A stretch of 35,204 nt of DNA from an uncultured Pleurocapsa sp. (GCA_964468145.1 CAYXWE010000001.1:1-35204), one strand, 5' to 3'; positions 19,162-27,824 are shown, numbered from the stretch's first letter. The notes: generated by a model from the sequence alone, not told the origin. Program-made: numbers and translations.

Positions 19162-21108
19162 ATGACAGAGTCAAATACTAACTTCAACCGACTGCAAAAA
19201 AGAATTGAAAAACTGGAAATAAGATTAAAATTTGTCCAGAACACAATAACACAATTAGACTTAATTAATAATCAAAAAGCCGTATTAGTAACTGGCTCAC
19301 TAGAAACTTCCAAGTTAAACTCGATAAACATATCAAAATATCAATTAATTGAAATTTATCACGATATTCCCCAACTCTTATCAGAATATATCTTCAAAGT
19401 TTCAGTAACTCCAGAAAGCTATCGTCAAAAAACTCAAGGTCAAATATTTCTCGAAACAGTAAATAGAAGCAACTATTGGATTATCGCAACAAATTATGAC
19501 AATAAAGAACAATACTGGCTTTTACCAGCAGCTAATCTAACAATTAATATTCATCAATTAAAAACTTTTCAATATTTATTCAATTTAATTGGTAATTCAC
19601 CATCAGAAACGACTGAATTTAAATTAAATGAACCTGCTTTAGTTTCTCGTCTTCCTAGCGGTAATATTTGGAAACTAGAGAAACAAGGAATTATTGAATT
19701 TGGTAGTAACAATCGTTCATCCCAATTAATATTGGAATTTGAAAAAACTAATCAAAAATATCAAAAATTACAGTCTAATTATGAGATATTAAATAAGCAG
19801 TTTACTGAAAGTCAACACCTATTAAATCGATTACTTCAAGAATTTGAACAAAATAAATTAGTTCGTCTTGAGGAAGAAAAAAATATTTATAAAAATTACG
19901 AAAAATTAACTAATAAAATTCAAAATCTGCAAGAAGAATTAAAACTAGAGCATCAAGAACGTCAGCAACTTCAGCTTCTTCTAACACAAGCAGATCGAGA
20001 ACGGCAAAAGATGGGAAGTCAGATAGAGCAATTATACAATTTGCTATTCCAACTTTATGATGAGTTAGAAACCAATCAACCACAAAAAGAAAGTCAATTA
20101 GAGATAGAAGAACCTCAAACAGAGAGTACATCAAAAACAGAACAAGCTCCGAAAAAACATACCACAACTACTTTTGCTAATTGGCAAAAAGTTCAACTAT
20201 TACATAGTTTAAAAGGTCATACCCATACCATCCGTTCTCTAACTATTTGGAATTGGCAACAAAGTAACAAACAAATTATTGCTAGTGGCAGTTATGACAA
20301 GACCATTAAAATATGGAATTTACAGACAGGTGAACTAATGAGTACCCTAACAGGAAACTCAATGGTGAATATACTTGCCATTAGTCCCGATGGATATACT
20401 ATTGTAAGTAATGGAGATAACAACACTATCAAAGTTTGGAACTTAAATACTGCGGTAAACAAAGTTCTTCGCGGTCATTCAAATCTAATTCTTTCTCTAG
20501 CAATTAGTCCTGATGGCAAAACTCTCCTTAGTGGAAGTCGCGACCATACTTTCAAACTATGGGATATAGATACGGGAGAAATTATAGATACGATTGCCAA
20601 AGATTGTGGCAATACAATTACAGCCTTTGATTTTAATCCTAAGGGGAAATTTTTTGTTAGTAGCAGTAGCGATAATACTATTAGAATTTGGGATTTTAAT
20701 CCCAACCAACAACCCATAGTTGCTCTCAATCGTGTTCTCGTAAGATATTCTGACCTAATTTGGTCTGTTGCTATTAGTCCTGACGAACTGATTATTATCG
20801 GTGGAAGTCGTGATGGCACTATCAGATTATGGGATATCAATACAGGTGAATTAATAAATACTTTAGAAGGTCATTCAGATGCCGTTTGGTCTATTGCTAT
20901 TAATCCCGATGGACAAACTATTGCTAGTGGTAGTGCAGATTGCACGATCAAATTATGGAACTTAGAGACAAGAGAGTTACTTTGTACTCTATCCGAACAT
21001 TCTCAAGAAGTGTATGCTGTCTCTTTTAGTCCTGATGGAAAGTTTCTTATTAGTGGTGGTAGAGATCAAAAAATTAAGGTTTGGCAAGCTGAAACTAAAA
21101 ATTTTTAA
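19162..21108 (+). CDS. Repeated domain (subtype B) + coiled coil + ~7-blade WD40 propeller
   Basis: N-terminal VTGSLE..KVSVT..SNYWII..EPALV..WKLEKQGIIEF, then canonical WD40 repeats (LKGHT..SGSYDKTIKIWN; LEGHSDAVWSIAINPDGQTIASGSADCTIKLWN). Confidence 0.85.
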   Translation: MTESNTNFNRLQKRIEKLEIRLKFVQNTITQLDLINNQKAVLVTGSLETSKLNSINISKYQLIEIYHDIPQLLSEYIFKVSVTPESYRQKTQGQIFLETVNRSNYWIIATNYDNKEQYWLLPAANLTINIHQLKTFQYLFNLIGNSPSETTEFKLNEPALVSRLPSGNIWKLEKQGIIEFGSNNRSSQLILEFEKTNQKYQKLQSNYEILNKQFTESQHLLNRLLQEFEQNKLVRLEEEKNIYKNYEKLTNKIQNLQEELKLEHQERQQLQLLLTQADRERQKMGSQIEQLYNLLFQLYDELETNQPQKESQLEIEEPQTESTSKTEQAPKKHTTTTFANWQKVQLLHSLKGHTHTIRSLTIWNWQQSNKQIIASGSYDKTIKIWNLQTGELMSTLTGNSMVNILAISPDGYTIVSNGDNNTIKVWNLNTAVNKVLRGHSNLILSLAISPDGKTLLSGSRDHTFKLWDIDTGEIIDTIAKDCGNTITAFDFNPKGKFFVSSSSDNTIRIWDFNPNQQPIVALNRVLVRYSDLIWSVAISPDELIIIGGSRDGTIRLWDINTGELINTLEGHSDAVWSIAINPDGQTIASGSADCTIKLWNLETRELLCTLSEHSQEVYAVSFSPDGKFLISGGRDQKIKVWQAETKNF

Positions 21109-21248
21109 ATTCAGCTTGTTGAATACTGAGAATCAATTATTTACAAGCAAAAAAGCAACGATATAGTTAAAAAATCATAACAAGTAGAAATAAAGAAGAG
21201 AAATATTGCTACCAGTTAAAATTTTAGTTTTAGTTAATAAAAAATATT

Positions 21249-22277
21249 TCAATCCATCAACCCAGATAACATTTCCGACAATTCCACCTGGTCTTTTGCC
21301 CGATTGTCATCGTAAATCATCAAGGTATCTATCTGACGGTGGCGGGATAGCTTCTGTACCTTCCGCACATTCCCGTCGGTAGCATCCAAAGCAGCCGTAA
21401 TCGAACTGTGTCTGACTCGATGGGGACTCATTCTTTTCTTGATTCCCGCCTGTTTGCAATAGCGACGCACCAGCTTATAGATACCATCCCCAGTAATGCG
21501 ATGACCCTTGTGTTTAAAATCTAAAGCCACAAACAACGGTGCTTTCTTTTTCCTGTGTTTGTAAGCTTTACACCAGTCTAGCAGGGCATTAGTAGTAGAG
21601 GTACTCAAGCCGATTATCTCCCTCTGCGTTCCTTTTCCCTTACCCAAGATGGTTAATTCCCTAGCAGAGGGTTCAAAATCCCCATAGTTAAGCAAGCTCA
21701 CCTCATTCCGTCTCAGGGCATTATCCCACAGCAGCTTCAATAGGGCATAATCCCTCACACCACTCACCTTAGTCAAATCGCAAATATCCAACACCTTACG
21801 ATATTCTTTAGGACTAATCCCCGTCGTATCTCTGTATTGTTGAACCCGTTCCCCTTTAACATCTTCCAGGGTAAACTGACAAATTCCCAACTTGCGACCC
21901 ATACTACAGAGAGTTTTAATCGAAGCCAGACGGCGATTAACCGTCGCTTCCGATAATCCCTTATCAAATAATTTGGCTTTATAATTCAGCACCACTCCCA
22001 CAGCAGCCGAACGTTCCAGGTGTAAAAACTCCAGCACCGCATCAGATGTAGCAACCTGACCCGTAGTGACTCGAAAAAAGTCATTGAGGTCTTTAGCATA
22101 AGCGTTTCTGGTACTGGGATTGCGTTTATCGAGTAGAAATTGAGCTAGCACGTCGGTTTCGGTATGGGTAAAATATCTCTCAATTTTGGCATTGAAAGAA
22201 TTTTCCAGGTGTGAGGGAGGAGCGACCCCGTCGAGGTTTCCTCGACACCGGGTAGCGCGATTCGTAATTTGTCCCAT
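21249..22277 (-). CDS. Tyrosine recombinase (XerC/D-like, plasmid resolvase type)
   Basis: Core-binding STRNAYAKDL...SEATVNRRLASIK; catalytic RDYALL..LRRNEV, GKG, PHRVRHS and H..IDTLMIY. ATG 22277 is preferred over 22316, which falls inside the candidate crossover site. Confidence 0.9.
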   Translation of the reverse strand: MGQITNRATRCRGNLDGVAPPSHLENSFNAKIERYFTHTETDVLAQFLLDKRNPSTRNAYAKDLNDFFRVTTGQVATSDAVLEFLHLERSAAVGVVLNYKAKLFDKGLSEATVNRRLASIKTLCSMGRKLGICQFTLEDVKGERVQQYRDTTGISPKEYRKVLDICDLTKVSGVRDYALLKLLWDNALRRNEVSLLNYGDFEPSARELTILGKGKGTQREIIGLSTSTTNALLDWCKAYKHRKKKAPLFVALDFKHKGHRITGDGIYKLVRRYCKQAGIKKRMSPHRVRHSSITAALDATDGNVRKVQKLSRHRQIDTLMIYDDNRAKDQVELSEMLSGLMD

Positions 22278-22300
22278 AAGGCAATCGGTATCGAAAAGTT

Positions 22301-22328
22301 TTATTTCCGAGAGCATACTCGGTAATAT
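22301..22328. other. Candidate tyrosine-recombinase crossover/binding site (11-6-11)
   Basis: TTATTTCCGAG-AGCATA-CTCGGTAATAT. The arms match at 9/11 as inverted repeats around an asymmetric 6-bp spacer, directly upstream of the recombinase. Confidence 0.5.
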
Positions 22329-22349
22329 CCTTACTGTATCGTTATTTGG

Positions 22350-22437
22350 TGTTGGTTAACGCATAAGTTGAAAACCTCAACGCATAAAGTGAAAAATTAA
22401 CACAAAAGATGAAAATTATTAACGCATAAGTTGAAAA
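22350..22437 (+). repeat. tnsA-proximal transposon end with four closely packed TnsB-binding repeats
   Basis: AACGCATAAGTTGAAAA-like 17-mers at 22358, 22379, 22399 and 22421. Confidence 0.9.
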
Positions 22438-22495
22438 TGTAACTCTGACTAATAATCTAAAAGTAGTCCATCTCTATTAAAGGGGGGGTCGAAGC

Positions 22496-23155
22496 TTGGC
22501 AGTGGTCGCGAGAAAAATTACCAACCGAGGCAGCAAAAAGGTAATTGGGAAGTTTCCCAGTTTAAAGATGAATACCGCAATTTGGTGGGAGTCTCAACTC
22601 GAACGGGACTATGTTTATCTGCTGGAAATTGACCCAGATGTTCTTTCTTACCAAGGACAACCTTTTACCATCACCTATAGTAATCTCGATAAAAGAAGAA
22701 AATATACACCAGATTTTTTGGTGTCAAGAAAAGGCTTATCGCAAATTATAGAGGTCAAACCAGATAACAAAGTTAAAGAATTGCAAAATACCCGTCGCTT
22801 TCAACAAGCAGCTTCTTTCTGTAAGGCTTACAATCTAGAGTTTGTAGTGGTGACTGAGAAAACGATTCGGGTTCAGCCCAGATTAGATAATATTAAGCTG
22901 CTTTATCGGTATGCCAGGGTGTCTCTATCTTGGCATAACTACATTGATTGTTTAGCATACTTTCGTTGCGTCGAAACTAAAAGTCTTCTTGAAGCAGAGC
23001 TAGACCTAGAAGCTAAAGGAATTACGCACAATCATCTGCTGCGACTGCTGTGGAGTGGTTTTCTCATCACTGACTTGATGAAACCGATTACACCCCAAAG
23101 TTTGATTCAACTGTCGCCGGAGACAATCAATTGGGAGGGACAGGTTAATCAATGA
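22496..23155 (+). CDS. tnsA: TnsA endonuclease
   Basis: GKFPSLK, WESQLERD, QPF, YTPDFLV and IIEVK (PD-(D/E)xK) motifs; ATGA overlap with tnsB. Confidence 0.9.
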   Translation: MAVVARKITNRGSKKVIGKFPSLKMNTAIWWESQLERDYVYLLEIDPDVLSYQGQPFTITYSNLDKRRKYTPDFLVSRKGLSQIIEVKPDNKVKELQNTRRFQQAASFCKAYNLEFVVVTEKTIRVQPRLDNIKLLYRYARVSLSWHNYIDCLAYFRCVETKSLLEAELDLEAKGITHNHLLRLLWSGFLITDLMKPITPQSLIQLSPETINWEGQVNQ

Positions 23156-25362
23156 CTAGAATCCAACTGAAAAAAGGATTGCGGTTGCTTTTGCAAGGTA
23201 GAGAATACACCATCGAGCAACGCTTACCCACAGGAGAGCTTCAGCTAAGAAACCTACTGACCAACACTTGTTCCAATTTAAAAGAAGTAGTTTTGACCCA
23301 GTTATTGTTTCAAGGAGAACTTCAATTTTTAGGTAAAGAGGAGGAGACGGTCAAACAACAGAACGACAAAAGATACAGTAGTAGCGATTTTACCGAGTTA
23401 CCACCGGAGTTAAGAGAGGAAGCCAAAAGAAGATACAGCTATGTCAGCCGAGTTCTCTCTTCAACCTCTCTCAAGCGAACTGCTACAACTCTAGAACCAA
23501 TTATCTCCCTGGTATCGAGGGAAATCAAAGATAGTAAACCACCGTCATGGCTGACTCTTTATCGCTGGCTCAAGAATTACTCTTCATCAGGAGAAGACAT
23601 TCGCTCCTTAGTCCCTCTCCATTCAGCTAAAGGAAACCGTCAGTCGCGGTTAAATCCAGAAGTACGGCAAATTATCAAAAATGCTATCGAAAGCGTGTAT
23701 TTGAATCCTACTCAAGCTGAAGGAGCAGATGTTTACGACCGAGTAATTATCGAAATAAATCAGTCTAATCGTTTGAGGTCAGCTCTAGGTCAGGAAAAAC
23801 TCGAAATTCCCAGCCAAATGACTATTTATCGCGCTCTTGCCCAATTAGACCCGCACGAAACCGCTATTGCTCGTTATGGTCGCAGAATTGCCAGCTCGAT
23901 GTATGACCCTGTAAAGCTCGGTCCACGTCCTACCCGTCCTCTGGAAAGAGTAGAAATCGACCACACCAAATTACCTTTATTTGTAGTCGATACAGAAACC
24001 AGATTACCAATAGGAACACCTTGGTTGACCAGTGCTATAGACAAGTATTCAGGAGTAAACCTGGGTTATTACGCTAGTTTTGAGCCTCCTAGTTACCTAT
24101 CGGTGATGCAATGTATGTCTCATTTTATTCGTCCCAAAAACTACCTGCGCTCTTCATACCCGAATGTAGAAAATAACTGGGACACCTACGGACTACCAGA
24201 GGTAATTGTCGTTGATAATGGCAAAGAGTTTTATAGTATCTCCTTTGAAGATGCCTGTCTGAGCTTGGGTATCGTCATCCAATATTCTCCTCCCAAAATG
24301 CCTTGGTACAAGAGTGCTATCGAAAGATATTTTGGTGCTTTAAATACTCAATTGCTCTCCCATCAGCCTGGTAAAACTTTTGCTAAGTTCATGCAGCAGT
24401 ATGATTACGACCCAAAGAAAAATGCAGTAGTTTCTTTTGAAGCACTTCAAGAAATTCTGCATCTGTTTGTAGTTGATATTTACAATCAAAGTTCCCATCC
24501 ACAGCTAAAATCTCCCCGTCAACAAGTTTGGTCAAAGTCAATAGCTTCCTTTCCACCAGCTTTGCCACCGTCAATGAATGAACTCAAAGTACTAATTGGA
24601 GCCACGATTGAACGCACCATCACTAGAAGAGGAATAGAATTTGAAGGTTTAATTTATAACAGCAGCCAACTAGCTCGTTTGCGTTCGGAGATGAAACAAT
24701 CTCCCAGAACTAAGGTCAAATACGACCCGACAGATTTATCGAGTGTTTATGTTTTAGACTCTTCTAATTACCAATTTATAGAAGTGCCTGCACTGCATCA
24801 AGAATATACCCAAGGTTTAACCCTCTGGCAACATAAAGTAGTCAAACAATTGGCGCGTCTTGAAGCAGACAAAGTAGATATTGTGGCTTTAGCTCTGGCT
24901 AAAGAGAAGATTCAACGCATTGTCGAGCGGGAATGGAAACAATCAAAAAGAGGAAAAACCCGTCAATCAATGGCGAGATGGCTTGGTATAGAAAGCTCCT
25001 CCTCAACTTTTAAAACAGGTGAAAAATTACCACCCTCCAAGAGTCAAACAATGGATATTCCAGTAGAAGCTGCTTCTGGTCAACCAAGCTCATATAGTGG
25101 AATATCTAATCTTGATAATGCCTTGGTTGCATCGCCCATAGCAACCGAACCAACTGATATCCATCAAACACGGTTTCAGGAAGACAACTCATTAATTCAA
25201 CCCAAAACTGATGAAGTCAAAGTAGACTCCAACTCACCAGAGCAGAATCAGAACACATCAGATGAGATTCAATCAACTCAACTTGTTCGACAAGAGCAAA
25301 TAGAAGATGATTGGCAGCTAGATCTATCTGGCTGGGATGTTAGTTACGGTTTACCCAAGTAA
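23152..25362 (+). CDS. tnsB: TnsB DDE transposase (Mu-like C-terminus)
   Basis: HTH PSWLTLYRW; catalytic VEIDHT, VVDNGKEF and KSAIERYF; C-terminal VKYDPTDLSSVYV. Confidence 0.92.
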   Translation: MTRIQLKKGLRLLLQGREYTIEQRLPTGELQLRNLLTNTCSNLKEVVLTQLLFQGELQFLGKEEETVKQQNDKRYSSSDFTELPPELREEAKRRYSYVSRVLSSTSLKRTATTLEPIISLVSREIKDSKPPSWLTLYRWLKNYSSSGEDIRSLVPLHSAKGNRQSRLNPEVRQIIKNAIESVYLNPTQAEGADVYDRVIIEINQSNRLRSALGQEKLEIPSQMTIYRALAQLDPHETAIARYGRRIASSMYDPVKLGPRPTRPLERVEIDHTKLPLFVVDTETRLPIGTPWLTSAIDKYSGVNLGYYASFEPPSYLSVMQCMSHFIRPKNYLRSSYPNVENNWDTYGLPEVIVVDNGKEFYSISFEDACLSLGIVIQYSPPKMPWYKSAIERYFGALNTQLLSHQPGKTFAKFMQQYDYDPKKNAVVSFEALQEILHLFVVDIYNQSSHPQLKSPRQQVWSKSIASFPPALPPSMNELKVLIGATIERTITRRGIEFEGLIYNSSQLARLRSEMKQSPRTKVKYDPTDLSSVYVLDSSNYQFIEVPALHQEYTQGLTLWQHKVVKQLARLEADKVDIVALALAKEKIQRIVEREWKQSKRGKTRQSMARWLGIESSSSTFKTGEKLPPSKSQTMDIPVEAASGQPSSYSGISNLDNALVASPIATEPTDIHQTRFQEDNSLIQPKTDEVKVDSNSPEQNQNTSDEIQSTQLVRQEQIEDDWQLDLSGWDVSYGLPK

Positions 25363-25374
25363 GGAAAAACGCTC

Positions 25375-26398
25375 ATGTCCAAAACTCAACCACAATTCTG
25401 TGCCATGACTGTGGCACAAAGACTAAAAATCGCTAATAATATCTATATTTCCTACCCTCGATTTAAAGAAATTCTTCGTGCCATTGAGTATTGTCATCAT
25501 TTCTCCTGTTGTAAGGACGAACCAGAATGTATGTTTCTATCTGGTCCGACGGGGGTAGGGAAGACTACTATTTATCGAACCTATGCCAGTAAATATCCCA
25601 GACAAATTACCCCTGAAGGAACAAATATTCCCATCCTGGCTGTAACTATCCCCGCTCCTGCTACGGTCAAAACAGTGGTTTCCAAACTCCTGTGGCAACT
25701 CGGCGACCCTGCTTATGACAAAGGCTCAACAGGTAAGCAGACGATTCGCTTAATCGGTTTGATGAAAGATTGTGGGGTTCAACTGTTGATTTTGGATGAA
25801 TTTCAACATTTTATTGACCGAGATTCAGCGAAAGTGTTGAAAACGGTTTCTGATTGGCTCAAAACTTTAATTTTAGATACTAATTTGCCGATTATTTTAA
25901 TTGGTTTACCTGAAGCAGAGCAGATTCTCAAACTTAAATCTCATTCTCAACTTAGTCGTCGATTTGCGCTCCCGATGTCATTTAAACCCTTTTGTTTGGC
26001 AACCCGATAATGGTGCAGAGTTTCGGACTTTTTTACACTTATTAGAATCTCAACTGCCTTTAGAATCAGCCTCTCACTTATCAGAGTTAGATATGGCTAG
26101 GCGATTTTATTATGCTTCAGATGGGGTAGTTGCCTATGTGATGAAGTTAATTCGTTATGGAACTTACCTCGCTCTTCAGCAGCATCAAGAACAACTCTCT
26201 CTCAGCATTTTAGCTGCTGCCTTTGAGAAATACGTCCATGCTGATAAGACAGATAAGATCGATCCTTTTATCAGCGATGAATTTGAAATTCAAGAACCAG
26301 AAGCGAGAGCGACCAAGTTGACTATTGGGGCAACAAACAATCGCCTGAAATTAAAATCAAAAAAGCTCAAAGCGTCAAGAGTTTTAACGAAGAAGTAA
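25375..26398 (+). pseudogene. tnsC: TnsC AAA+ regulator split by a +1 frameshift near 25966-25975
   Basis: Walker A GPTGVGKT, Walker B LILDEFQH and QLSRRF are in the first ORF. The continuation RCHLNPFVW...ASDGVVAYVMKLI is in the +1 frame. The span is 1024 nt (3n+1). Confidence 0.85.
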
Positions 26399-27621
26399 CT
26401 GCTTCATTAACCTCTATACCTCAAAGACTGCTGCGTACTTCTTCACCCTATGTAGATGAGAGTTTAGCTGGCTATATTCTGCGTCTGAGCGAGAAGAATT
26501 ACTATCAGTCTCCTAACTGGATTTTACAATTAGCAGGTCATCGAGCCAACCGACAAATTCAATTAAATCACGATAGTGATAAACCTTTTTTACTCAGTCA
26601 ACTAACTGGAATCGATGAGGAGGTGTTGAAGTCAATCACTTTCGAGGTTACTAACAGGGGCAATGTTACGAGCTATGTTATTTACAAGAAAGCTACTCAA
26701 TTCTGTCCCGATTGCCTAAAACAATCCCTTTATTCTCGGCTTCTTTGGGATTCTAAGATAAGTCGAACCTGTCCGATACATCGATGTAATCTGATCGATA
26801 AATGTCCCCAATGTCAGCAACTGATTAAGTGGTCGAGACCTGGTGTAGCTAAGTGTCAGTGTGGCTTTGATTTGAGGAATTCTCTGGCTACTGCTGCAAA
26901 TGACGCTCAAGTTAATTTTTCACTCTACCTGTATGGAAATTTCGGACAGGTCGAGTGTCTGAATGCGATTCATAGAATTTATCAAGCTGATAATCCAGTA
27001 TTTCATTTAACCCTTAATCAGTTTTCCAGATTGTCACGCTTTTTAGAAGCTTATGTCAGAATTCACTGGAGACATCAAAGATGTATCGCATTATCTAAAA
27101 TTGTCTTTACGGAATTTGATTCTGAATCAGAAATATTATCGTCAGAAGAATTAGTGTTTGATTTTTTTCAAGAATGGGAAAGTAATCTCCAACAGCTTCT
27201 TATTTGGCACGAAAGTAATTTACAGCAAACAAGTAGTCCATCAACGACTGTTAGCTCAATGGTCGATTTTTTAATAAAACTCTCAAATTATTTTCCCGTC
27301 TGTTGCTCAATATCTATTCTGCTTGAGAGCTATCTGATTAATTTTTTGAGTCGATATCATTTAGAGCAGACTGAAATAATTTGGACAATGAGAGCCTCTA
27401 TCGGCACAAAATCATTTAAGTTGAAAGAGGTGCAGTGTTGGCTACCCGAAATAGCTCAAACATGGAATGACGATCTTGAGCTATCTATGGCTCGGTTAAT
27501 TATAGCCAGTCAAGAAGTTAGATATCTTTTTCCGTCGGAGCTTTATCCAACTGGAGTAATGATTTTACGCAATCCAGAACCTCAAATTTTAAAGCTGAAA
27601 CTAAATTTATGTTTTCGTTAA
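26395..27621 (+). CDS. tniQ: TniQ/TnsD-family target selector; the reading frame extends well upstream of the annotated GTG 26623
   Basis: In-frame translation from 26401 gives ..RLLRTSSPYVDESLAGYILRLSEKNYY.., the TniQ N-terminal motif. Zn ligands CPDC, CPIH, CPQC and CQCG follow. No ATG/GTG/TTG precedes the motif. Confidence 0.8.
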   Translation, partial: VTASLTSIPQRLLRTSSPYVDESLAGYILRLSEKNYYQSPNWILQLAGHRANRQIQLNHDSDKPFLLSQLTGIDEEVLKSITFEVTNRGNVTSYVIYKKATQFCPDCLKQSLYSRLLWDSKISRTCPIHRCNLIDKCPQCQQLIKWSRPGVAKCQCGFDLRNSLATAANDAQVNFSLYLYGNFGQVECLNAIHRIYQADNPVFHLTLNQFSRLSRFLEAYVRIHWRHQRCIALSKIVFTEFDSESEILSSEELVFDFFQEWESNLQQLLIWHESNLQQTSSPSTTVSSMVDFLIKLSNYFPVCCSISILLESYLINFLSRYHLEQTEIIWTMRASIGTKSFKLKEVQCWLPEIAQTWNDDLELSMARLIIASQEVRYLFPSELYPTGVMILRNPEPQILKLKLNLCFR

Positions 27622-27647
27622 TGGAATTTGAAATAAGTTGTCAGATT

Positions 27648-27780
27648 TTTTCATCTTATGGGGTGATTAGTGCGGAAATTTTCACTTTATGCGGTAATAA
27701 TTTTCAACTTATGTGTGAATGAGAGGACTCAAAGTATTGAAACATCGTGAGCAAAATTTCAACTTATGCGTTAACCAACA
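27648..27780 (-). repeat. tniQ-proximal transposon end with four more widely spaced TnsB-binding repeats
   Basis: TTTTCAACTTATGCGTT-like 17-mers at 27648, 27679, 27701 and 27756. Confidence 0.88.
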
Positions 27781-27824
27781 TTGGTCTAGTTGATTCAAAC
27801 AAAAAAAGAAAGTCACTAAATAGC

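Larger units (their letters stand above)
22350..27780 (+). mobile_element. Tn7-like transposon, 5431 bp, tnsA-tnsB-tnsC-tniQ, no cargo
   Basis: Perfect 24-bp terminal inverted repeats TGTTGGTTAACGCATAAGTTGAAA (22350-22373 and 27757-27780), TG...CA ends, arrays of TnsB-type sites, and flanking TTGG duplication. Confidence 0.93.

Noticed and set aside
9896-21108. Diversity-generating retroelement or shufflon acting on the paralogous genes
   Set aside because: No reverse transcriptase. Mismatches in the 62-bp repeat are not adenine-specific, and I saw no inverted cassettes or repeated crossover sites.
22278-22316. Extra 13 N-terminal codons of the recombinase in the ORF track
   Set aside because: The ATG lies in the spacer of the candidate recombination site; ATG 22277 is more plausible, though unproven.
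22350-27780. CRISPR-associated transposon (CAST)
   Set aside because: No Cas12k or Cascade genes and no array between the ends; the short repeats are TnsB-type sites.
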